Translations under genes and position numbers: made by a program
The notes under the pieces: model-generated
Seen by the model: only the letters and a program-made list of their open reading frames with translations
Told to the model about the DNA's origin: nothing
Database searches by the model: none
Assembly (NCBI RefSeq): GCF_036588685.1
Contig: NC_086373.1
Location: forward strand, 16,926,001-16,990,000
Direction: 5' to 3'
DNA length: 64,000 bases
Origin: Mytilus trossulus
Lineage: Eukaryota
Shown: one piece after another, positions 52,795-64,000 of the stretch
How the letters are laid out: the number at the start of each line of letters is the position of its first letter
How positions within the stretch are numbered: position 1 is the stretch's first letter

Positions 52795-55504
52795 AAAATG
52801 GATTGTTTCCCTTTTACATGTGTTTAGACTGCTTGGTTGATTGATTAATTGTATTTTCGATTCGGTATGCATTTCGACTGTTTCTTTTAGACAGTGCAAT
52901 AGTTGTGATTGCCAATTTATATATAGATCGGTGTATGCCTGTCTAGATTGCTTATATATATAGACAGTATTTAATTTTATTTCCTTTTTTGAAATAACAT
53001 GATGGCTTCAGTTGATTTTGAATATGTTTGCAATGTATTTATCATTCATTCATCTGTTTAAATTACGGACACCATTTTCCCCAATTTGTTTATATGAATT
53101 AGATTATTTGCTTAGATTACAGGAACAGATGGGAAGTGTATAAACTACTTCTTTAGCTTTATTTATATACACATGCTTTAAAAATAAATTAAGGAAATTA
53201 TGTATTCATCTACGTCCTCATTTTTGCTGTGTTTAGTCTTTGATGTATTATATTATTATAAAACTTCCCTGGTTTAACAATGGTCTATTTCAATTGTCCT
53301 CAAATTCATTATTTGTATTGTCAGGTTTTGTATGTGTTTACCTGTAGATTATTTTTCTGTTTTTGGTGTTAGGTGTTTGCGTAGTGTACGATATAGTCCA
53401 TAGTAAACTTATTCCAGTTGACGGGTTTGTTATGGTGCAATACTACATGTTTAAATGTATATGAATAATGTAACTGTCTGTCTTTGTAGTAACAAAGTTT
53501 ATATTTCTGTTGCTATGTTCGACCAGACAAAGGTAAAATAAATTAACTTGAGATATAGTTTTGGCTTATCTTGTGAATGCTTTGTCATTTTTGTTTTTCG
53601 CATCTATATTAAAGTTCATGGAAGCTGAATCTAGCAAACAAAATGGTCTTCCGAATCCCTGTACACCAGCCTTAGCACAGTGATATTGAGTAGGCAATTG
53701 TTTCTCACTGATAAGAATACAAAATTATTAAAAATAAGGAAACATAAAAATCATAACCTGTATTTTATTCAGATTGCTACTTCTTTACAATGCTTTCTGA
53801 ATTAGAGGCAACAGTATTTCACATTTCTATCAAGAACATGCATTCTATAAAGGAACAAAAATGAGGATATGACTCCAAAAAAGGATCGAGATTTTCTATT
53901 GACAGAACAAGTATATCGATAATTATTTTGGAATCTTAACGAATGTGGTGTTTTGAAATGCACAACAAAAGCGCTATTTATGTGAATAAAAGGAAATGTT
54001 GGGTTTATGTTAATACAAAGGCAAAAATAGTATACCGCTGTTCGAAAATTGAAACAGTGTTTCAATTTAAACAATATAGAGAGCCTCGTGGCATCTACAT
54101 CTAGGCCAATACGGAAATGAACAATGGGAAAGTTTCAACATAAAGTCTCATCTTCTTAGGCAAAGATATTTCAATTTTTGAATTTGAAATCAAAATATAT
54201 TATCTAGAGGGCACAACAGTTTTCTATGAATAAATATGTGTCTTTTCTAAAATGATCAAATATTTTGTAATTTAATCTTACATACACTGCTTGGATGAAT
54301 TAACCCTCCACGCTAACAAGCAGTTCGGACCGAGAACGATGTTTCTTCCAGTTTTTGGCAAATCAAAATTACAACTAAATAGCTTTAAGTCCAGAAAACA
54401 AATGAAAGGTCTATTGTGGTATGATTGCCAATTAGAAGGCTCTCTACCAGGTAGCAATAGACTCAAATATAAATAACTATGGAACAGCATACGGTCCATA
54501 AAGGCGAGAGCAGACCCGTGCCTTGTATAATGCTTTAAAAGGCAAATATATGCCAATATATACATAAAAGACATACGTTTTAGGACTTAGAAAAGCAAGA
54601 CTCATAACATAATAATTTTTCATTCACTTTTTTTTTTTTTAATTCCAATTTATAAAAGTAACGCATTCTATACTTTTGGATTCAATATCTAAATGTTTAG
54701 TTTGTTATCTAGTGGGTAGCTTTCTTATTGGCCATCATACCACATGTTCTTATTTCTATATCGAAACCTTCTTGAAATGCAGTCAAAACTATTGAATAAT
54801 AAGTGCAAATATAACATATATATTAAATACAATGTTATAAAATCATTCATCTGTTTAAATTACGGACACCATTTTCCCCGATATGTTTATTCAAGAAACT
54901 GATATACAATGTAGGTGATAAGTCCGATAAAGCAAAATACATCATACTTTGATTTATTCATGAGGTTGTCATTTTGAAAAACTCAAAAGAACTCAAACAA
55001 TCATAGCACATTTATTGCCAGAGACGGAAAAAACTAAACAGAATCGATTGTTATAATTATCCTTAAAAAACTTTATTTATTTTATTATTTGTTCGTACTT
55101 TTCACATTTATTTAAAATGCTTGTTGCTGATTGTATTTGTTTATTCGATGTTTGTTTTGCAGGTTTCCTTTAGACCGAATTGTCTCATATGATTTGACAT
55201 CGTATGTTTATATAGTCTCATTTTAAGGCTGTTACGGACTAGGCAATATTTATTTATTGCGGTTATTCGTTGTAAAGTCTTTTTCGATAACTGCACTTGA
55301 ATTATTTCCTTTAATATGTTGAAGTAACTCTATGATTGGCTACCACTACAGGATATACAACACTACTTCCTTTCAAAACAATTGGTTGTGCAACTGTGTA
55401 CAACAGATTTTGTCTACCGTTTCTTTAATTAAATTTTGATATGTTTTGCCTATTGCATCTGCGACCGATAGTCGATATGTGAAGTACAGTCGACAATTTT
55501 CTAC

Positions 55505-55707
55505 GCCTTCTTTTACTTTAAGGGTCCCTATACTTTAGAGTTAGGGTACGTTCATGGTTATGGTTAGGTATGATTATGTTCTAGGTTATGGTTAGTTTTT
55601 AGTTTAGAGCTAGTGTGAGGTTTAGGTATTGGTTATGTTAAGATTTGGTGTTAAGGATAGTTTAGTATAGCTCTATATGGGTTGGGACTCCTAAAGTAAA
55701 AGAAGGC
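55505..55707. mobile_element. MITE with ~24-bp TIRs enclosing degenerate TTAGGG-like repeats
   Basis: GCCTTCTTTTACTTTAAGGGTCCC ... GGGACTCCTAAAGTAAAAGAAGGC. The flank CGACAA(A)TTTT is duplicated. Absent from C intron 4 (~29000). Confidence 0.7.
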
Positions 55708-57699
55708 CGACAAATTTTGGGTTTGGCAAAACTGTCTATCATTCTCAAATCGTCTTGTTGGTTGCGAACTTAATAGTCGGCTACAAAAAGGCAAAGACAT
55801 GAGTAATATGAAACAATTCAATTTGGAAAATAAATGTCCAAAGCCGCCTGTCTATAGTTGAAGTCCTTGTGTTTCACTAGATATCTTGTTTTATATATAT
55901 ATATATTACTTTCATTGGTATGTGTTTCATTAGATTATGTACAACGTCTCCTTTTATTCATTAAAAACATGATAAGTACAATATAAATATTTTTTGTAGT
56001 TTAAAATCAGTCACAAACGCATGATGTACATTTATGATCAACCATTTCTAACCCGTCCTCTCTGCACACCGCCTGCGTAGCAGTATTTACAACATAAATG
56101 AAGACACATGACTTTGAAAGGTATTTTTTAAGTGATTTGTGCATCTGGTTGTCACCAAATCCAGGAGTATCTATTATCACCAGACCTTCCTGCAGAAGAA
56201 AAAACAGTAAATTAGAAATTTTGTAACCCTACGTAATACAATATAGTTTTTCTTTGTACAATAAATATACAGTAAAGCACAATTTGGTAAACGGCAATTA
56301 TAAAATATGCCGACATTTGATCATCCATAACTGTTGTAATAAACCCACATGCTCTCGTTTCCCTTAAACGACAACGCTGTTAAACATTGCCATTTAAATT
56401 TTGAAAAAAGAAAAAGAAATTGCGTTACAAAACTTTAATTGCTAATATTTAAACAAATTACATAGACTCATAAAGGCCCGCTCAATGCAAACATTTTAAT
56501 AACATGTAGTCATAAACCACTTAAATCACCATAGTGGGTAATACATTGTGCGCAATATTTTCCTATCGTCTGAAATAAAAAATCAACAAGAACGTTCACT
56601 TTTAGTTAAGAGCAATTCTTTGTAACCACCAACCATTTTATATAGGGGGTCCGGCACGCATAGTCACCAATTTTCACGAAACTTAGCCATAACATGTGAT
56701 CATGTAAAAAAGTAAAGAGAAAAGTCAATTGCAACTTCAGGTATACGCATCTTGTAACTGTAGAAAAGTCATCCAGTAATAAGTATTACGTATTTGTTAA
56801 ATTAAAATAGGAAACGAAATTACTTTATAGTAAACAATTTGAAGATAAAAGTCATAATTTTCAATGAAACACAGACTTCTTAATTTTATGAAATATAACT
56901 CGACTTGATGCTTGATACACCTAGCAAAGTTTAAATACGCCACATTTGACTTTTTCGTAATTCATAGAAAAATTACACTGAAATGTCGCGAGAAAACACT
57001 TGAGTGAATAAAAGATGAAAAACGTCTTTCTTGATAAACTAGAAGTTGTAAATGGAACAGTGTATATATCACATTATAACATACCTCAATTACGTCAGTG
57101 GGCCAATATTTTTCTATTTTTTTTCGTATGGATTGTCACCATAATCATCTTCGTATACTATTTCTCTCCTTAACCTTTCTTGTCCTTCCTTGGTACTTAG
57201 ATCTATCTCGGATCTCTGTCCGCCATTAGTCCCAAAGCAGATTGCCTTCTTTCGACCATCTTTGCTCTTTCGAATTTCGCAGACTGTTTGTGTACATTTA
57301 ATACCACTTGTAGGAAGAATGTCAGCTTCCAGTAATAAGTTTATAAGACTACTTTTTCCTGATGTTGCTTCACCTAAAAAAAAGATGATTTAGAGCTCAT
57401 TGTCGTGCGAAAATCAGGCTCTCATAGGCGTGTCGAAGTAATCACAAAATCACATTTTATTGTCATTACAATCACATAATCATTAAAAAAATGTATACAA
57501 GATAATAAAAAAAAACAGTCCTATATATATTATCAAACGATCATGAAATATTTTGTCTGGTAATCAAATAATCACTATAAAAACGGCCAAGTAATCACAT
57601 AATCAAAACCCCAACAGGAGGCTCGAAAATATATTGATATTTAAAATAATTAAGTCTTGTTTTTAAAAGATAAAGAAATCAATGGCGGAACTATTACAA

Positions 57700-58393
57700 T
57701 TTATCATAAACTTAGCATTGATATGATAGCTTTTGTATATGTGTAATGAGCGGAAGTACACAAGCCATAATTTTTCACCCAGGCTGATAACCCATAATAT
57801 TCAGCCCGGGCTGATAACCGATATCAGGGGCGTCTCGTGCAAAAACCCATATCAGTGCTTCTCGTGCAAGTTACTTCCGGTATTTCTGGTATCGATTGTT
57901 AATTTTTCCATTGTGACGTCAGATATTTTTTATGACGACGTCAAAATTTATGGGAACTTTTGTGGGGAAAGTTTAGTACTTGATAACAAATGCCATTGAC
58001 AATAAAGAATCTTTTTATAGTACAACAAACATGGAGGAATAATGATCATAAAACTCTTCTAAATTTTCAATGTTTCAAAATGCCTCTATAGTAAATGTTA
58101 CCATACATATGGAGATAGTGATGCTGTTGTTGGACAATTATAGTGTAGTTGATTCATAATTTAACTTCTTTATAAAGTTTTTGACTGTTTTAGTTATTGC
58201 ATTTGTTTATTTGCCTTACATAAAACTATTGTCGGAAGTATATGATAAAGCGATTAATACATGGCCTTTTCCATATCAGCCTGGGTATCATCCCTCGACC
58301 CATATCAGCGCCTCGACTCCGTCTCGGGCTGATATGGGGGTCTCGGGATGATACCCAGGCTGATATGGAAAAGGCCATGTATTAATCTCTATG
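57700..58393. mobile_element. Insertion in E intron 2 ending in a 134-bp near-perfect hairpin (58253-58386)
   Basis: ATTAATACATGGCCTTTTCCATATCAGCCTGGGTATCATCCC ... GGGATGATACCCAGGCTGATATGGAAAAGGCCATGTATTAAT; absent from C at ~30858. Confidence 0.75.
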
Positions 58394-59654
58394 TAATGTC
58401 ATAAGAAAGGAAAGAACGTCACTTGGATGCATATGCATTACACATATATCCACAGCGCTTTTAATACTGGTCAATCGTCACAGCAAAGTATGTAAGCATA
58501 GTCAAAACAGACCCAAGCGTCTACTACAATGATACTGTTTGATATTATAATCGTTATTAACTTCATACAGTTTTGAAGCAATCCTTGCAAGAGTTACCAC
58601 TGAATTGCACTGATGGGGTATTACCACGTTTTGAATGAAGTTTATTATCAGAAAAAAATAAACAAAAAAGGTACTTTAACAGCATGACCACTGGCTTTAT
58701 TTTGTCATTAGTATCTAATAGTTTTGACTTACAGTGATGTATGGTAGTGTTTTCTTGGAATCTGTACGTATTGTAAGTTTAGTTGTATTTGTTGCTGAAC
58801 AATGCGCCATTTATGTTCATTGTCTGTTTTCATGTATTATCGAATTATTCTGTAAATATTTTTTTTCTAAAATGAAAGTTTTTTGTACCTGCGACAAGAA
58901 TGTTACATTCAGGTGACGACAGCTCAGATCGCTTGGAATGAGCATTCTTCTCAATGTCTGGAAAGATACTGTTTAAATCTTGTTGGAAGTTTGGAGGTAG
59001 TTCTCTATAAAAGTTCACGACTTTGTCATAAAGTTTCATTAATTTCTCTCTATTTCCTCTGTGATATTGCAATGCTTCTTGTAAAACTGTTCCTCCCTGA
59101 AATTTAAAAAGAAAGTATAAAAATAAGAAAGTTATATATGATGTCATACCAATTTTTTTAGAAAATAATTGGTAACACAGTCTTCTCAATGTGATTATTT
59201 TGTGCAATATTAATGGATAAAAATTAATTGTTCATACGTATAACATAATTTCAAATCTTTGAATAGGTATTAAATAGCTAAATAAAATCAGCTTGTACGT
59301 ATTACAATTCATATACAAAAACAAAATCTTTACACAAACATTACAGAACATTCGTTGTTTAAGTTTAAAAATACAATATAATTTGTGATGATAATATTAG
59401 TTACATCGAAGAATCTGTACGCAGCAAGGAAACTCAAAAACGTGTGCAAATGCACCTGTTATGTGATTGATTGTTGATTGCCTAACGTCCAGTGGCAAAT
59501 ATTGCATGCGAATTCGGGACGACATGTTGCATGCGTAGTGTCAATTCTTTTTACAAAAAGCTTACTTTCTATTAGTTGCATCGAATGATGATTGTCTGTT
59601 CGTATTGATTTTTTATTGATACTAATACACATCTGATGTGTAACGGGACAATCA

Positions 59655-60182
59655 CTGACCAGTTTACCTGTTCTAAGTCATTACAACTTCAGACAACCAC
59701 TGTGTACATGCAACTCCTGACCTGTATACATGTACAAGTCATTACAACATAGTCCAACCACTGACCTGTATACATGTACAAGTCACTACAACTTAGACAA
59801 CCACTGACCTGTATACATGTAAAAGTCACTACAACTTAGACAACCACTGACCTGTATATATGTACAAGTCACTACAACTTATACAACCACTGACCTGTAT
59901 ACATGTACAAGTCACTACAACTTAGCAACACTGACCTGTATACATGTACAAATCACTACAACTTAGACAACCACTGACCTGTATACATGTAAAAGTCACT
60001 ACAACTTAGACAACCACTGACCTGAATACATGTACAAGTCACTACAACTTATACAACCACTGACCTGTGTACATGTAACAAGTCCCTACAACTTAAGACA
60101 ACTCCTGACCTGTATACATGTACAAGTCATTACAACATAGTCAAACCACTGACCTGTATACATGTACAAGTCACTACAACTT
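59655..60182. repeat. 43-bp minisatellite (more homogeneous) in E intron 1
   Basis: Unit GACAACCACTGACCTGTATACATGTACAAGTCACTACAACTTA with period 43 (e.g. 59761 to 59804), about 12 copies. Confidence 0.9.
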
Positions 60183-61564
60183 TTGTACTAAAGCAGTAGA
60201 ACAAAAGACAAGTATTGACTGCATCAATATTACAAATTTAGTTGAATTTAAGAGAACAATTGAAAAGAATGCCTATACAAGGTTAACTAAGACATCACCC
60301 GTAAGTCATTGGAAGCAAAGACAACTATGTCCAGTATACTTGGACCATATAAAAAAAATAAGGAGATGTGGTATGATTGCAAATGATACAACTATCCACC
60401 AAAGATCAAATGGGGTGAATGTCAACAATGAATTCTTATCTTCTATGTTATACTTACACTTTGCTTATATATAGAATGCATGAAAACGAAAATAAGAATA
60501 GATAAAAAAAAATAATAATACATAGGCGCAAGTTCATTAAAAAGGTTTTAAAAAAGGAACATCACAAAAATATGCAGTGCCTACGAAAGGTGTGCGTCTG
60601 CTTTTCATATTTCATCTCTATTGAATTTATAAAGTACAATTGGTAAACGTGTGGCTGAAATTTAGAAAAAGTGGTGAAGAAATCAATATCGCAATGTATG
60701 TAAGTGCGAAAAGTATACATGTTTAATCAAATGAAGCATAGCCTATTTAAAATTCACATGTTGTATACTTCAGAATTATTTTCAATGATCAGTAGAGTGT
60801 CAGTCATAAATTTAAATTTCTTAAAAGCGATGAACTAACACTTTTTTTTAACAATTAGTCTGGGACTTTCCCCAAATAATTTGATCAGATACTTTATACA
60901 ATGTAATATAGTAACGATGAAAAGGCGAAATAGTCTCAATGTTCCGAACGACTGATTCTTTTGAAAACGGTTAAAACATAAACTGGTATCGTGTTGCAGT
61001 GATTGTTATTTGTCGTGTCATTGAGTTATTCGCCTACATAGATTACACAAAAATAAAAAATAGTGCATGCATAATTTATCATTTTAAATATATCACTGAT
61101 TATTATTGATAAGATAAGTATTGATATTCAACAATATTCGATCAAGATTCAAATATAGACTAATAACAGACGAATTCATCAATAAAATCTTTAATTTGCC
61201 AGTTTGCAGAATATGTTCCTGTTTCATGTATTAAAGCACTATCGTATTTTTCATTTTGCAATTTCAAAACCAATTAAAAAGCCGGTGACAATTTTAAGCA
61301 TACATTCATAAGACTATGGATTTAATATACTGTATGCATAAAAGATAAAGATCGACAACCGATAAAACAAAATCTTACCGTTTTTCTGTCTTTGGGTGCG
61401 ACAGCTCCATTTTCCTTATAAAATTTTACTAGTTCTGATACGAAAATGTCTTTATTTGCAGTTTTTGGTGCTTTTATTCCCCACTGTTTAAAAAGTTTCA
61501 TCATGGACTGTATATCTTTCAGTTGTAAAATATCTTCTACTTTGTTAATTTGTATTTCTGCCAT

Positions 61565-61997
61565 TTTGTCTTGTCAGTGGTCAACAATTTCTTTCACGTA
61601 TGCTGTAATTAGGAAGCCTTGAGATTCCTTATAATTGCTCCATAATCCGATTCCGTGTAAAGGGTGCAATTTTCGTCACAGTGGTTGAATCCAACTTCCT
61701 TATTGTAAAAAAGTAGAATTATTTATAACAAATGTAAAAACCTATGCGCAGTCGCTGTTACCACTCAAATGGTATTTAAGTTCTTGTCTGTAATTTTACC
61801 CTCACAAACCCGTTTAAAACTACAATACTATATTTGTTTTGAATATACGGATCAGTTATGAAGATCAACAAAAATGAGTGTATAATATTCTGTTGACTTT
61901 TAACACGTGTCATCGACATTTAAACTAAAATATTAGCTAATTGGCGTGTATCTATAAACTATATTCCATATAAATCGTTGTTAAACATTTATACGAA
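61565..61997. promoter_or_regulatory. Duplicate of the putative bidirectional promoter (E/F)
   Basis: 433 bp between divergent ATGs; near-identical to 34426-34860. Confidence 0.55.
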
Positions 61998-62207
61998 ATG
62001 GCGGGTACATTAGAAGGAAGCAGTGAACAGCCTATAGATATATCCTCCAAAAAAATAAAAGAAATTGATGACTTTTCTGATGCATTTGGCATTGCAGAAA
62101 ATTTAGACGTCGACCTTGGTGGGCTTGACGATTTGGAAGATATAAAAGAACGACTGATGATGGAATTCCAGAAATGTCAGCCTGGATTTATAAATTATAA
62201 AGAAAAG
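61998..62207 (+). CDS. Gene F: exon 1 of a duplicate of gene D; the rest is expected right of the window
   Basis: MAGTLEGSSEQPIDISSKKIKEIDD...YKEK|gtcggt, near-identical to D exon 1, in the same head-to-head position relative to E. Confidence 0.75.
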
Positions 62208-64000
62208 GTCGGTAAAATGAAATAAGTGGTCGCCTCTATGCCATGCAATGTCTTCTGTGGCACTATTGGTTTTGCAATACTGTATTTCAAGTGTTTTTTT
62301 CTTTATTTCTTGAGATTTGTTTCAGCACTAACAAGTTTGTTAAATCCATATAAATGATTTTGTAATAGTTTTTTTTTTATTTACACACAATATGGTTTTG
62401 AGCCTTCTCGGCGAGATTTGCTTGAGTTGTTCAACATATTGTATGCGCTAAAAAAATTACGTTTATTGGTTTTTATCTACGTCGTAGGTCCGTATGCTTT
62501 AAGTTTTACTTTAGGAAAGGGTTTAGGAAAATCTAAAATTCTAAAGGTGCTACAAAGATGCAGCAAACTAAAAGATATTATAAAGATGTTGAATGGAAAA
62601 AAACGGACCGTATACATTTATTGTGTTTATGATAACAATAAGTATAACCCTTTTCTTTTGAATAAATCATAATGATATTTCAAATAAGAAAAATAGTATT
62701 CACCTGAATTTGCATTGTCGGGTATTGGTAGATTAAAAGTATCTATACAGGCGATAAACAATAAACTCTTTGAAATATTACATACTTATAATTTCCATCT
62801 ACTTATCGTTTAAAAAATATACTTGTTTCTTGGGAAGAAACATTAATAAAATGGTAAAACTGTTTTTTCTGGGAAAGACGTTTAATGCAGTTTACAGTCT
62901 AGCGCAGTTTTAATGTTAAGTTCTTCATCTTAGAGGGAATGGGAGTAGGTAAAATGACAAGCAACCCTATCTTAATTTTGTTTATATTTTTCAAAAAGTA
63001 CCGTTTGAAGCTTGATATTGGTTAACTTAATTTTGCATTGTCGAGCATTAGATTAAACCTGGTTCTATAGCGCTAACCCTCTCACTTTAATGACAGTCTT
63101 ATCAAATTCCGTTATATTTACATTTACAACAATAATGCAGGTTGCTGTTGAATAGATGTTTTCATATTAAAATATTATTTTTTTCATTTGAGCAAATGAT
63201 ATGTCACTTACTTTTTGTCAAATATAGATTTTTGGAGTTTTTATCTTAGAGAGGCTTTTTAAATGTGCATTACCTACGATATTGAAAAAAAGAATAAAAA
63301 ATGTTCAATCATTAAAGGAAGTGAAGTAGTGAAATAATAATTCAATTCTAGAAGCCAGTATAATAGAACTTGGTCCAAATAAGCTAAGAAACATCACTGA
63401 CGAGTAATTAAAATGCAATGCGATGTGTTGCGCATGTATTTGGCGATCAAAAGAAAAAGAATTTCAAAACTGAAAGTGAAGCAATGATGAACCATTTGGT
63501 TGATTGATTTGATCCACAAAAATAATTCTCATACTGGTAAACATTATTTTCATCCTATAATATGAAACCAAACAGACCTTGAAAAATCAAATTGCACGTG
63601 GTCGCTATCTATTGACGTTTATATTTATGTTTTTATCTGGTTATGACCGTCGGCAGTCTTCGGAGGTTAACTTGAAGGATAATTAGATGCCGTCTAGATA
63701 AAAATACATATGCAATGCTCAATTGTTTTTTTCTTTACTTATTTTAATTTGTATATACTCTTCGGTATGTTATAAATCAAATATAAGATTTGGAGTCAAA
63801 TCGATGATAATGAAATTGACAGCTAATGTCCTTTTTAAAATTGGTACGAAAGAAAACAAATATCAAAAACAATGCATGAAAAAAATATCATGTTAAACTT
63901 TTGACACGTAAAAGTACAGTCGATTTATCCGACATTACTGTATAATTACCTCTCTCTAAAAGTATAAAATAGCCTTCAGTTTCAGTGGCGGATCCAGAAA

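Larger units (their letters stand above)
56053..61564 (-). pseudogene. Gene E: truncated duplicate of gene C (exons 1-4 only)
   Basis: Exons 61564-61379, 59096-58889, 57373-57085 (289 vs 287 nt, +2 in a T run) and 56189-56053 (137 vs 138 nt, -1). Similarity to C intron 4 stops at ~55370 and exons 5-10 are absent. Confidence 0.85.
55370..63050 (+). repeat. Segmental duplication of ~28850-38850 (C 5' half, promoter, D exon 1 and start of intron 1)
   Basis: Collinear exons, introns and minisatellite. Offset is about 27.14 kb at both ATGs. The copies differ by element insertions. Confidence 0.85.

Noticed and set aside
59655-60182. CRISPR-like appearance of the 43-bp repeats
   Set aside because: The units are contiguous with no unique spacers, there are no cas genes, and the context is a eukaryotic intron.
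63392-63450. CATCACTGACGAG, a hammerhead-like start
   Set aside because: No stem II, GAAA or stem III follows.

Overview
AT-rich, intron-containing animal genomic DNA. The repeat families look bivalve/Mytilus-like, which is an inference. The window holds a tandem cluster of spliced genes with one architecture: a small N-terminal helical domain, a dynamin-like P-loop GTPase (G1/G3/G4 motifs), a long helical stalk, and a C-terminal protein-kinase fold (DSTYK-like layout). The minus strand carries gene A (exons 1-2 only, runs off the left edge), gene B (10 exons, 988 aa, intact), gene C (10 exons, 989 aa, intact) and gene E (truncated, frameshifted copy of C). The plus strand carries a distant paralogue D whose kinase fold is a pseudokinase (HRD->HME, DFG->GFY). 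D sits head-to-head with C, with 435 bp between the ATGs. The whole C/D head-to-head unit is duplicated about 27.1 kb downstream as E/F. D is cut by a 1.36-kb insertion exactly at the start of its pseudokinase. B looks like a chimera with an A-type 5' part and a C-type kinase. Introns and spacers contain Penelope-like RT remnants, degenerate minimal hammerhead ribozymes, a 5'-truncated LINE, Helentron/HINE-like elements, several MITEs, long hairpins and a 43-44 bp minisatellite. Main candidate system: a divergently transcribed dynamin-GTPase-kinase / dynamin-GTPase-pseudokinase gene pair under birth-and-death evolution, plausibly immune. Exon boundaries were derived by hand from GT-AG sites and frame continuity; no database searches were run.
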